From: an uncultured bacterium
GTDB taxonomy: Bacteria; Patescibacteriota; Gracilibacteria; Absconditabacterales; Absconditicoccaceae
Direction of reading: 5' to 3'
Assembly (NCBI GenBank): GCA_937862935.1
Contig: CALMEO010000055.1
Span: forward strand, 19,927-83,926
Length of the DNA: 64,000 nt
This document shows, in pieces, positions 39,136 to 48,260 of this stretch. Every line of letters starts with the position of its first letter. Within the stretch, counting starts at the first letter, position 1. Below the pieces are notes generated by a model. The model saw nothing but the letters and a program-made list of their open reading frames with translations, did no database searches and had not been told where the DNA came from. Position numbers and translations under genes: made by a program.

Positions 39136-40461
39136 GTGTTTTATATTGTCGAGACTGATTCTCAAATTGAAGGGTTAAAAAATTTTAGTGATAAGGGAGC
39201 ATATGTGGAAATTATTACCACAAATGATAATTACCACCCTATCTTAACAGATATTGTAGCAGTTTATTTACGACCTTTAGGAACAAACGAAGGGTACATT
39301 ATTCCAATTAACCATGATGAAGGTCTTAACATTAGTAAACATCAAATCTCCCCTATTTTAAATTCTTTCTTAATACTTTATACATTTGATAGAAAAGAAT
39401 TGTTATACCACTTTAATTTAACGAATTCTATAGACGTTTCACTACTATATTCAATGACGAAATTTGATAAGTTGGAACTTCCAAAAACAAACCAAACAAT
39501 TAGGTGGTTTTACAGTAGGTTAGAAGATTTCAAAGACATTAACTGTCTAATACCTCTTTCAAAACTGTATCAAAAATGTGAAGAAAATTTTAAATATTTG
39601 GAACCTTACTTTTCTTTACCTCTTCCAAATGGATTTAACTTTTACAATCAGACTGCTACAAATATATTTTTCCTTACTGAACAATCAGGGTTAAGAGTTA
39701 CGTATCAAGCATTTACTAAACTTTTTAAACCTCAGGAACCTAGGTTTAGTATTAAGGATAACATAGTATATACTTCATATAACTTAAATAATGTTACTTC
39801 AAGACCGACTAATGCATTTAATTCTATAAATTTTGCAGCAATCCCAAAAGCACCAGAATACAGGAAAGCAGTAATACCTCAGAATGATGTTTTTGTTGAA
39901 TTTGATTTTGACGGATATCATCTAAGGTTACTCTGTGATCAAATAGGGTATGAACTGACAGAGGAATCGGCTCATATACAGTTAGCAAAACTATACTTCG
40001 GTAAAGATGAGATAGTAGAAGAAGATTATATGAAAGCTAAACAAATTAATTTTCATGCTATCTATGGTAAAATTCCACCAGAATATGCATTTCTCCCGAT
40101 ATTTGAAAAAATACAAATATATATTAATACTTTATGGCAACAGTTTAGAGAGAAGGGATATGTAGAGGATCCTATCTCAGGAAAAAGGTTTACAAGTGAG
40201 TTGAAAGAAATGCATCCTCAAAAATTGATGAACTATATGATGCAAAGTTTAGAAACTTCAAGAAACATTCTTATACTGAAAGATGTATTAAGGTTTTTAA
40301 GTTCGAAAAGAAGTAAAGTAGTACTATACGTGTATGATGCAATGATTATAGATTTTGATAAAAAAGATGGACAAGAAACCTTAGTAGAGTTAGAAAGGTT
40401 ACTAAGTCAAAAAGGTAAATTTCCAGTCAAGTTTAAATACAGTAATAACCTATCTTTTTAA
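39136..40461 (+). CDS. compact family-A DNA polymerase
   Basis: EFDFDGYHLRLL (motif A-like), KAKQINFHAIYG (motif B) and LYVYDAMIID (motif C-like); GTG start. Confidence 0.65.
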   Translation: MFYIVETDSQIEGLKNFSDKGAYVEIITTNDNYHPILTDIVAVYLRPLGTNEGYIIPINHDEGLNISKHQISPILNSFLILYTFDRKELLYHFNLTNSIDVSLLYSMTKFDKLELPKTNQTIRWFYSRLEDFKDINCLIPLSKLYQKCEENFKYLEPYFSLPLPNGFNFYNQTATNIFFLTEQSGLRVTYQAFTKLFKPQEPRFSIKDNIVYTSYNLNNVTSRPTNAFNSINFAAIPKAPEYRKAVIPQNDVFVEFDFDGYHLRLLCDQIGYELTEESAHIQLAKLYFGKDEIVEEDYMKAKQINFHAIYGKIPPEYAFLPIFEKIQIYINTLWQQFREKGYVEDPISGKRFTSELKEMHPQKLMNYMMQSLETSRNILILKDVLRFLSSKRSKVVLYVYDAMIIDFDKKDGQETLVELERLLSQKGKFPVKFKYSNNLSF

Positions 40462-40481
40462 GAGTACATACATATTTATTA

Positions 40482-40937
40482 ATGATACAAAGAATTAAAA
40501 GCCAGAATTTCTTCAAGTACGATCTTGAAGACATGTTTAACACAGTGGATATGAATAATAAACTTTTCTGTACATTTTCAACAGGAGAATCTTTAGAGGA
40601 AGTCTTAAATAAAATACAAACCAGTTATAATATTATCTATAACAAAATTTTTATACTTTATGCAAAAAGTCAAGATGAGTACATATGTACATACAATGTA
40701 GATTTAGGAAATGTCTCAAATCTTGTAAATAATACAATTCTTGTACATAGAAAAAAAGAATCAAACACACTTTATACAATTAATTCACTTAACAGGTTAA
40801 TTGAATCTTTAAATGGAGGAACCTTAGATAATAGATATAAAATAAACTGGGCTGATTACCAAAACTGTATATTACTTACAAAGGGACCTGAACTAAAAAG
40901 GGTAAATACAAAACTTTATCGAATAGTTGAACTATAA
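40482..40937 (+). CDS. hypothetical protein
   Basis: 151-aa ORF. Confidence 0.55.
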   Translation: MIQRIKSQNFFKYDLEDMFNTVDMNNKLFCTFSTGESLEEVLNKIQTSYNIIYNKIFILYAKSQDEYICTYNVDLGNVSNLVNNTILVHRKKESNTLYTINSLNRLIESLNGGTLDNRYKINWADYQNCILLTKGPELKRVNTKLYRIVEL

Positions 40938-40949
40938 TTACACACATAA

Positions 40950-41786
40950 ATGGAAAATTTTAATTTAAGAAAATTTTTAATAGAAAATAAGTTGACATCC
41001 AACAGTAGAAGGTTGTCAGAAGAGACATCAGACGACATCTACTACGACGATAAAGAACAAGGGAAACTGTCTGACTTCGGTAAGAAAACGGTTATGTCAG
41101 TTTACAAGAGTTTTAACTATGGAGATGAATCTGCAACAGTTAAAGGTTCTTCAAGTAAACCTCTAATACCTGTTATGAAAAGGTATACTTTTCAATCAAT
41201 ACAACCTTATCTTACAGGAACAAAACTTTTACCTAAAACAACTTCACATGAATGGTATACAGGTTTTGAACAGATAAAATCACACGGATATACTATCATT
41301 TCGTTAGAATTAGATCTTGAAACACCTGAAAAGGGAGGAGACGCAGAACACAACAAATATAAAGCACTCACAGTAGTCCAGAATTTACAAAAGGCTTTTG
41401 GATATTTAGCTGAAAAGTTTGAAGTTTCAGTACATTCTTTTAGAACACGTATTCTTATTTACCTTTCTAGGAAATGGGAAGAGGAATCACATGGGAAACT
41501 AAGTTTAAATGGTCAAGTTAAGGATATCTTGATTAACAACGGAGCAGTACCTTATTTAACCGGTCCAATAACTGTTGTAAAAACAAAAACCGGTTACACA
41601 CTAGAGGCTGCCCTGTTCAAGAAATTAGATGAAGTAGAACTGGAAAAACTAAAAAGAAATTTAGAAAATACTTTTAAACCTTTTTTGAAGAAATTTCCAA
41701 CTCCTGTACGTAGTTACCAAAATATACCGGGATATACAGATTATAAACTGTATTTTACACCGGAAATTAGAACTAAATTTTCATAA
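40950..41786 (+). CDS. hypothetical protein with the FNLRKFLIENKLT leader motif
   Basis: N-terminus MENFNLRKFLIENKLTSNSRRLSEE matches the motif in ORF 6602..7858. Confidence 0.6.
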   Translation: MENFNLRKFLIENKLTSNSRRLSEETSDDIYYDDKEQGKLSDFGKKTVMSVYKSFNYGDESATVKGSSSKPLIPVMKRYTFQSIQPYLTGTKLLPKTTSHEWYTGFEQIKSHGYTIISLELDLETPEKGGDAEHNKYKALTVVQNLQKAFGYLAEKFEVSVHSFRTRILIYLSRKWEEESHGKLSLNGQVKDILINNGAVPYLTGPITVVKTKTGYTLEAALFKKLDEVELEKLKRNLENTFKPFLKKFPTPVRSYQNIPGYTDYKLYFTPEIRTKFS

Positions 41787-41812
41787 ACAGGTGAGTTTTC
41801 AGGTATTTTCGA

Positions 41813-41820
41813 CTATTTAT
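41813..41820 (+). promoter_or_regulatory. CTATTTAT box
   Basis: 250 nt upstream of the SSB ATG 42070, implying a long leader. Confidence 0.4.
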
Positions 41821-42007
41821 ATAAAAGATAAAAGTTATTAAAACATTGTAAAACATACAGGAGAATATAGGAGAACGCTACTGCAAAGTAGCTATCTCTA
41901 TCTTATGTAGTCACGGATTGTGTAAACCATTAAATTGTAAAAAATGAAGTAAACAGGAAAAACCACAGTTGTAGAACATAAACAAAAGTTTTATATTAAA
42001 GAAGTAT

Positions 42008-42056
42008 AGCAAGTACAAAAGCAAGAAAAAGTTAAGCAAGTAAATTAAGCAAGTTA
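42008..42056 (+). repeat. AGCAAG / TTAAGCAAGT iterated motif (4 copies) in the SSB leader
   Basis: AGCAAGT 42008, AGCAAGA 42020, TTAAGCAAGTAAA 42032, TTAAGCAAGTTAAA 42045. Confidence 0.7.
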
Positions 42057-42069
42057 AACAGAGTAAATT

Positions 42070-42897
42070 ATGAATTTAGAAGCAATTAAAGCAAAGCTAA
42101 ATGCTTTGAACAACAACGGTCAAGAAAGAGAAAAAATCGATTACGATAAAATCTTTTGGAAACCAACAAACGGTAAACATAACGTAAGAATCGTACCTTC
42201 AGTTTACAGTCCAGACTTTCCTTTTAAGGAATTAAAATTTCACTACAACATTGGTAAATTCCCAATGATTGCTTTATCCAACTTTGGTAAACAAGACCCA
42301 ATTGAAGAATTTGTTAAAGAGTTAAGAAAAACTTCAGACAAAGAAAATTGGTCATTATCCGGAAAATTATCACCTAAAACCAGAGTATTTGCTCCAGTTA
42401 TTGTAAGAGGTGAAGAAGATAAAGGAGTTCGTTTATGGTCATTTGGGACTAACATTTACAAAGCATTACTTGCTTTAGCAGAAGATGAAGATATTGGAGA
42501 TTATACAGACGTAATGAATGGTTATGATATGGTTGTTGAACAAACACCGGGGAATCCATACCCAACCACAACAGTAAGAATTAAACCTAAGACCTCGCCA
42601 TTGTCAACTGATACTACAAAAGTAGAACTATGGTTAAAAGAACAACCAAACCCACTCGAATCTTTTACACAGTTTGATTTTGACTACATTAAAAACCAAC
42701 TTCACGGATATCTAAACCCAGGTGAAGAAGTTAATCAAGCACCGGCTGAAGCATCAGAACCGAGTACATTTGTACATGAGGCACCAGTAATACCCGGTAC
42801 AGGAATTATGGAAGAACAATCAACATTTACTTTAGAAGCTGCTACAGAAGGTAAGAAAACAAATGCTAGTAAATTTAATGATTTATTCAATGAATAG
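42070..42897 (+). CDS. single-stranded DNA-binding protein (T4 gp32-like)
   Basis: KIFWKPTNGKHNVRIVP N-terminal pattern and acidic C-terminal tail FNDLFNE; replication-module context. Confidence 0.6.
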   Translation: MNLEAIKAKLNALNNNGQEREKIDYDKIFWKPTNGKHNVRIVPSVYSPDFPFKELKFHYNIGKFPMIALSNFGKQDPIEEFVKELRKTSDKENWSLSGKLSPKTRVFAPVIVRGEEDKGVRLWSFGTNIYKALLALAEDEDIGDYTDVMNGYDMVVEQTPGNPYPTTTVRIKPKTSPLSTDTTKVELWLKEQPNPLESFTQFDFDYIKNQLHGYLNPGEEVNQAPAEASEPSTFVHEAPVIPGTGIMEEQSTFTLEAATEGKKTNASKFNDLFNE

Positions 42898-42899
42898 TC

Positions 42900-43979
42900 A
42901 TGGCGGTAAGTAGAAAAATATTAACAGAATCTGCTGGAGAAATAGTCAAAAGCGGATTCAGTTTAGATAAATTCAAGAAAAACAAAGGTTTTAGTTCCCA
43001 GTCGGTAAAATTTAAAAGTCAAGATTGGATACCTGTTTCAAAAGCTTTCCAAGAAGTAGTTTCATTACCCGGAATACCAACAGGACATATTACCTTACTT
43101 AGGGGACATTCGGATACAGGTAAAACCACAATGTTATTAGAAGCAGCTGTATCTGCCCAGAGAAAAGGGATTTTACCAGTGTTCATCATTACAGAGATGA
43201 AATGGTCATGGCCTCATGCTAAAACCATGGGATTAGAGTTTACAGAAGTTGTAGATAAATCAACAGGTGAGATCGTAGATTATGAAGGATTTTTTCTATA
43301 CGCTGATAGAGGAAGTCTAAATACAATTGAAGACGTAGCATCGTACATTTTAGATTTAATTGACGAACAGAAAAAAGGTAATTTACCTTACGATTTATGT
43401 TTCTTTTGGGATTCAATCGGATCAGTCCCTTGTGACCTATCAGTTAGATCAAATAAGAATAACAATGAATGGAATGCAGGTGCAATGTCAACCCAGTTTG
43501 GGAATAATCTCAATCAAAAAATTCTGTTATCAAGAAAGGAAGGAAGTAAATATACAAACACATTAGTTGCAATTAACAAAGTGTGGACTATGAAACCTGA
43601 ACACCCAATGGGACAACCTAAATTACAGAATAAAGGAGGAATGGCAATGTGGTTTGATGCATCTCTTATCATTACTTTCGGTAACATTACTAACCCGGGT
43701 ACTTCAAAAGTAAAAGCTGTTTCAAAAGGGAAAGAGTATGAATTTGCTAAGGTTACAAAAGTACAGGTAGAGAAGAATCACATTACAGGTATTCAAACTA
43801 GGGGTGCAATTGTGATGACTCAACACGGATTTATTGAAAATGATAAAAAATCTATTGACATGTACAAAGAAACCTACAAAGAAACATGGACAGGTATATT
43901 AGGTTCAACAGATTTTGAAGTATCAATTGAACCGGAAGTAGGGGAAGATATTAGAGATATAGGATTAAATGACGACTGA
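42900..43979 (+). CDS. RecA/UvsX-like recombination ATPase
   Basis: LPGIPTGHITLLRGHSDTGKTTMLLE matches the RecA-family Walker A context. Confidence 0.6.
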   Translation: MAVSRKILTESAGEIVKSGFSLDKFKKNKGFSSQSVKFKSQDWIPVSKAFQEVVSLPGIPTGHITLLRGHSDTGKTTMLLEAAVSAQRKGILPVFIITEMKWSWPHAKTMGLEFTEVVDKSTGEIVDYEGFFLYADRGSLNTIEDVASYILDLIDEQKKGNLPYDLCFFWDSIGSVPCDLSVRSNKNNNEWNAGAMSTQFGNNLNQKILLSRKEGSKYTNTLVAINKVWTMKPEHPMGQPKLQNKGGMAMWFDASLIITFGNITNPGTSKVKAVSKGKEYEFAKVTKVQVEKNHITGIQTRGAIVMTQHGFIENDKKSIDMYKETYKETWTGILGSTDFEVSIEPEVGEDIRDIGLNDD

Positions 43980-44994
43980 TATTTTAAACATACTAGGTAA
44001 ATTAGAAAAGAAACCACAAAGAAAACTTAATGACCATGTACTAATTGTAGATTCCATGAATATGTTTATTCGGAATTTTGTAATGTTACAGTCAATAAAT
44101 CCTCAAGGCCACCACACAGGTGGTCTTGTTGGCTTCCTAAGGTCTTTAGGGTACCTAACCAGGACTTTTGACCCGACTAGGGTTATTTGTGTGTTTGATG
44201 GTCAGGGGTCTTCCATGAATAGGAAGAATATTAACCCTGAATATAAAGCTCAAAGGGTAAATAAGAGAATTAGTAACTGGGATATGTTCGATAACAAGGA
44301 AGATGAATTTGCATCAATGACAATGCAAATGCATAGGTTAGTTGAATATTTACAGTGTTTACCTATTACACTAATGTCGATAGATAAAGTTGAAGCAGAT
44401 GATGTAATTTCATTTTTAGCTCAAGGGTTCGGCTCAAAAGGACATAGAGTAACCATTGTTTCTTCAGACAAAGATTTCCTACAGGTGGTTGACGATCATG
44501 TAGAAGTCTATTCTCCTATAAAGAAAAAACTTTACAAAAAGAGAGATGTATTCGAAGAGTTGGGAATGATACCAGAAAATTACCTTATTTTAAAAGCTTT
44601 ACTCGGTGACAATTCGGATAACCTAACCGGAGTTAAAGGTTTGGGAATTAAAACAGTACTTAAGGAATTCCCAGGGATTGTTTCAGACCCTAATTTTAGT
44701 TTAGGTTCGGTATTTAATATTTGTGAAGAGAACTTAAAAACAAAGAAAATTTTTGCAAACATTTTATACGAATGGAATAAGGTAGAAACCAATTACGAAT
44801 TAATGAATCTCCTAGAACCTCGCTTGTCAGATCAAGAAATTTTGTATATATTGGAGAAGATAAAACAGCCGATAACTTCACTACAAGTTCAACCGTTTTT
44901 ACGAATGTTAGAGATTGATAAAATCGAAGCATTAAATAAAAATGTTGAAGGATGGTTGGAAGTGTTTAGACCGTTATCAACATATCAAAAATAA
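43969..44994 (+). CDS. 5'-3' exonuclease / flap endonuclease (T4 RNase H-like)
   Basis: LIVDSMN, VFDG, VSSDKDFLQV and LLGDNSDNLTGVKGLGIKT (H3TH) motifs. Confidence 0.85.
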   Translation: MTTDILNILGKLEKKPQRKLNDHVLIVDSMNMFIRNFVMLQSINPQGHHTGGLVGFLRSLGYLTRTFDPTRVICVFDGQGSSMNRKNINPEYKAQRVNKRISNWDMFDNKEDEFASMTMQMHRLVEYLQCLPITLMSIDKVEADDVISFLAQGFGSKGHRVTIVSSDKDFLQVVDDHVEVYSPIKKKLYKKRDVFEELGMIPENYLILKALLGDNSDNLTGVKGLGIKTVLKEFPGIVSDPNFSLGSVFNICEENLKTKKIFANILYEWNKVETNYELMNLLEPRLSDQEILYILEKIKQPITSLQVQPFLRMLEIDKIEALNKNVEGWLEVFRPLSTYQK

Positions 44995-45014
44995 GTTTTA
45001 ATTAAATCAGTTAT

Positions 45015-46370
45015 ATGACATCACTATCAAAGTTATCTGCTTACGGAAAAGGATTTCAATTAAAAGTTCTAGGAGCATTGTTAACAAATAAAAAGTTTTT
45101 ACTTAACACTAGGGATTTACTACGAATTGAATATTTCGATTCTGATGCACATAAGTGGATTGTGGATACAATAGTTAGGTATTTTGATAAATACCATACT
45201 ACAATTTCTATGGACATTTTAAAAGTAGAAATGCAAAAGGTAGAAAATGATATTTTACAAGTTGCAATTAAATCAGAGTTAAGAAACTGTTACGAAGCAA
45301 CCCAGGAAGACTTAGAGTATGTTCAAGAAGAGTTTACTACATTCTCTAAAAATCAAGAACTTAAGACAGCCTTACTTAATTCAGCAGATTTGTTAAATCA
45401 AGGTGATTTTGACGGTATCAGAAACATGATCGAAAAAGCTATGAAAGCTGGTATGGATAAGAATATGGGTCATGAATACAACAAGGATATTGAAAGTCGA
45501 TATAGACAAGACTATAGGCCAACTATTCCAACACCTTGGCCATTAATTAACGAAAGTGTACAAGGAGGATGGGGACCTGGAGATTTAGTAATTGTGTTTG
45601 GAAATCCTGGAGGAGGAAAGTCATGGACTATGGTTGCTGCTGCTGGTCATGCTGTACAAATGGGATATAATGTAAACTATTACACTTTAGAGTTAGGTGA
45701 GGATTATGTTGGTAAACGTTTTGATTGTTATTTTACTGGATATAGTATTCAAGATGTTAATAGCCACAGAAGTGAAGTTGAAAATGTTGTAAGTAAATTA
45801 AAAGGTAAGTTAATTGTCAAGGAGTATCCACCTAAAGGAGCCTCAATTAATACTATTAAATCTCATATCCAAAAATGTATTGACATGGGTCACAAACCCG
45901 ACATGATTATTATTGACTACATTGACTATCTCAAAGCTCCTTCAAGACATAAATACTCAGAACGTAAAGATGAAATTGATGATGTATTTATTGCAGCAAA
46001 AGGTTTAGCTAAAGAGTTACAAATTTCAATCCTTACACCTTCTCAGGTAAATAGAGCAGGAGCAAAAGATGATGTGATCGAAGGAGATAAAGCTGCTGGT
46101 TCTTACGATAAGATGATGGTTGCAGATATTTGTTTATCATTATCAAGAAAAAAAGAAGATAAGGTATTGGGTACAGGTAGATTTCACTTTATGAAAAACA
46201 GGTACGGTATGGACGGTATGACATATGATGCAAAAGTTAATACAAATAATGGACATATCGAAATACTTGGTGGAACAATACTTGAAGAATCTTCAGATAA
46301 AAATCGAGGAGGATATAAGGAAGTAGCTCAGAGGTTTTTTGCATTAGAACATTCACAATCCGGTAGTTAA
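45015..46370 (+). CDS. DnaB-like replicative helicase
   Basis: GNPGGGKSWTMV (Walker A), MIIIDYIDYL (Walker B) and LTPSQVNRAG. Confidence 0.8.
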   Translation: MTSLSKLSAYGKGFQLKVLGALLTNKKFLLNTRDLLRIEYFDSDAHKWIVDTIVRYFDKYHTTISMDILKVEMQKVENDILQVAIKSELRNCYEATQEDLEYVQEEFTTFSKNQELKTALLNSADLLNQGDFDGIRNMIEKAMKAGMDKNMGHEYNKDIESRYRQDYRPTIPTPWPLINESVQGGWGPGDLVIVFGNPGGGKSWTMVAAAGHAVQMGYNVNYYTLELGEDYVGKRFDCYFTGYSIQDVNSHRSEVENVVSKLKGKLIVKEYPPKGASINTIKSHIQKCIDMGHKPDMIIIDYIDYLKAPSRHKYSERKDEIDDVFIAAKGLAKELQISILTPSQVNRAGAKDDVIEGDKAAGSYDKMMVADICLSLSRKKEDKVLGTGRFHFMKNRYGMDGMTYDAKVNTNNGHIEILGGTILEESSDKNRGGYKEVAQRFFALEHSQSGS

Positions 46371-46372
46371 CC

Positions 46373-46380
46373 CTATTTAT
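46373..46380 (+). promoter_or_regulatory. CTATTTAT box
   Basis: 34 nt upstream of the nrdB ATG 46414. Confidence 0.5.
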
Positions 46381-46413
46381 TTTTACATTGTCAAATCATA
46401 AAAAATAAGTTAC

Positions 46414-47397
46414 ATGAGTATTAAAGATGAACGAATAGTTTATAAACCCTTTGAGTACCCAGTTGCATATGACTACTGGTTAAAAGCACATCAAGCTCAC
46501 TGGTTACACACAGAAGTTCCAATGTCACAAGACGTATCAGATTGGAATTCAAATTTAAAAGATCACGAAAAAAACCTTATCGGAGGAATCTTAAAAGGAT
46601 TTGCACAAACAGAAACAGTTGTTAATGATTATTGGACATCACTTGTTACAAAGTGGTTTAGGAAACCGGAAATTATTATGATGGCTACTACTTTTGGAGC
46701 ATTTGAAACAATTCATGCTGAAGCTTATTCACTTCTGAATGAACAGTTAGGGTTGAATAATTTTGCAGAATTTTTAGAAGACGAATCAACAGCAGCTAAA
46801 ATTCAAGCTTTAATGGATGTTCGTGATGGAAATTCAGGAGAAACAAATTGGCACGAAGTGGCTAGATCGTTAGCTATCTTTTCAGCATTTACCGAAGGAG
46901 TAAATCTATTTTCTTCCTTTGCAGTACTACTTTCTTTTAAAATGAGAAACAAACTTAAAGGAGTAGGTCAAATCGTAGAATGGTCAGTAAGAGATGAATC
47001 ACTTCACTCCGATGCTGGTTGTTGGTTATTTAAACAGTTATTACAAGAACATCCAGAACTTAGAACAGAAAAACTTATCAAAGATATTGAAGAAGCTGCT
47101 AAAATGGCACTTCAATTGGAGTTTGATTTTATTGATAAAGTTTTTGAAATGGGAGATTTAGAAAATCTTACCAAGGATGAATTAAAGAATTTTATCAAAC
47201 ACAGGGTTAATACTAAGATGGGTGACCTAGGTTTAAAACCTATTATTCCTTCAGATCAAATTGATAAAGGAGCTTTGAAACAGATGTTATGGTTTGATAG
47301 TTTGACAGGAGGTAAGATGCATTCAGATTTCTTCGCAGTCAGAGTTACTTCGTACAGTAAAGGGCATATGGATTGGGATACAAATAACGTTTTCTAA
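46414..47397 (+). CDS. nrdB: ribonucleotide reductase class I beta subunit
   Basis: Diiron ligand motifs (ETIHAEAYS, VRDESLHS); C-terminal DWDTNNVF tail. Confidence 0.85.
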   Translation: MSIKDERIVYKPFEYPVAYDYWLKAHQAHWLHTEVPMSQDVSDWNSNLKDHEKNLIGGILKGFAQTETVVNDYWTSLVTKWFRKPEIIMMATTFGAFETIHAEAYSLLNEQLGLNNFAEFLEDESTAAKIQALMDVRDGNSGETNWHEVARSLAIFSAFTEGVNLFSSFAVLLSFKMRNKLKGVGQIVEWSVRDESLHSDAGCWLFKQLLQEHPELRTEKLIKDIEEAAKMALQLEFDFIDKVFEMGDLENLTKDELKNFIKHRVNTKMGDLGLKPIIPSDQIDKGALKQMLWFDSLTGGKMHSDFFAVRVTSYSKGHMDWDTNNVF

Positions 47398-47422
47398 TGT
47401 TGCTCGAATAGTAAAAAAATCT

Positions 47423-47451
47423 TTTTCTTGCCTATTTATTATAAAGAAGTA
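47423..47451 (+). promoter_or_regulatory. AU-rich hairpin enclosing the promoter box upstream of the HNH gene
   Basis: TTTTCTT (47423..47429) pairs with AAGAAGA (47445..47451), 7 bp including one G.U; ATG at 47454. Confidence 0.35.
47432..47439 (+). promoter_or_regulatory. CTATTTAT box inside a hairpin loop
   Basis: 15 nt upstream of the HNH ATG 47454. Confidence 0.5.
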
Positions 47452-47453
47452 TT

Positions 47454-48260
47454 ATGATAAACTGGCAAGAAATTTATAAAAAATTCCTACAGGAAAGAGA
47501 AACTACTAAATTAGTAGAAGTTACACATCGACATCACATTGTTCCAAGATACGAACAAGGAGGTAATGAGGAGGATAATTTGGTGAGACTATCCGTAAGA
47601 GATCATGCTACAGCACATTGGATACGGTATAAATGGCTTGGGAAGCTACAAGATAAAGTCGCATGGCTGATGCTATCAGGTAAGACAGTAGAAGGAGAAA
47701 GGCTTAGAGTACAGCTTGCATTTGAGAAGTATACTATTGAGGATAGAAGGTATATCATGAAAACTAGAAATCCAATGTGTATTTCTAAAAACATGGAAAA
47801 ATCCTTAGAAACTAAAAGACAGAGGTACGGGGGAAAATATCATTCTGAACGAGGGCTTGAAAATATGAGAACACTTAACAATACAGGAGGACAACACACA
47901 CCGGAAGCTATTGAGAAACGTAAACAATCACTAAAGCAAACCTTAGAAGGGTTAGGGAAAGAAGGAAGAAGGGAAAAATATGCAAGAGTAGGTGAATCAA
48001 ATGGTAATTTTGGAACAAAGAGACCAGGAGAGTTGGCAGGTAATTACGGTAAATCAAAAGGAACTTATACAATTACACACCCAGACAAAAGCCAAGAAGT
48101 GTTTGATAATCTAAAAGAAGCACTAAGAATTTACGATGAAGGAACTTTAAAAAGGAATAGAAACACAGAAACTCCAGTAAAAGGAGGAAAATTAAAAGGA
48201 TGTTTAATTATGTACGAAGAAAATACAAATTACGGAAACAACAAAAACCAAATTAAATGA
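47454..48260 (+). CDS. HNH homing endonuclease between nrdB and nrdA
   Basis: HRHHIVPRYEQGGNEEDNLVRLSVRDHATAHW; repeated GxxNxxxG modules. Confidence 0.8.
   Translation: MINWQEIYKKFLQERETTKLVEVTHRHHIVPRYEQGGNEEDNLVRLSVRDHATAHWIRYKWLGKLQDKVAWLMLSGKTVEGERLRVQLAFEKYTIEDRRYIMKTRNPMCISKNMEKSLETKRQRYGGKYHSERGLENMRTLNNTGGQHTPEAIEKRKQSLKQTLEGLGKEGRREKYARVGESNGNFGTKRPGELAGNYGKSKGTYTITHPDKSQEVFDNLKEALRIYDEGTLKRNRNTETPVKGGKLKGCLIMYEENTNYGNNKNQIK

Noticed and set aside
5092-43566. Short + strand alternative-frame ORFs nested in larger genes (5092..5289, 6348..6593, 9730..10008, 11126..11317, 43360..43566)
   Set aside because: They are fully embedded in longer ORFs that have clear functional motifs or operon context. 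There is no independent start signal.
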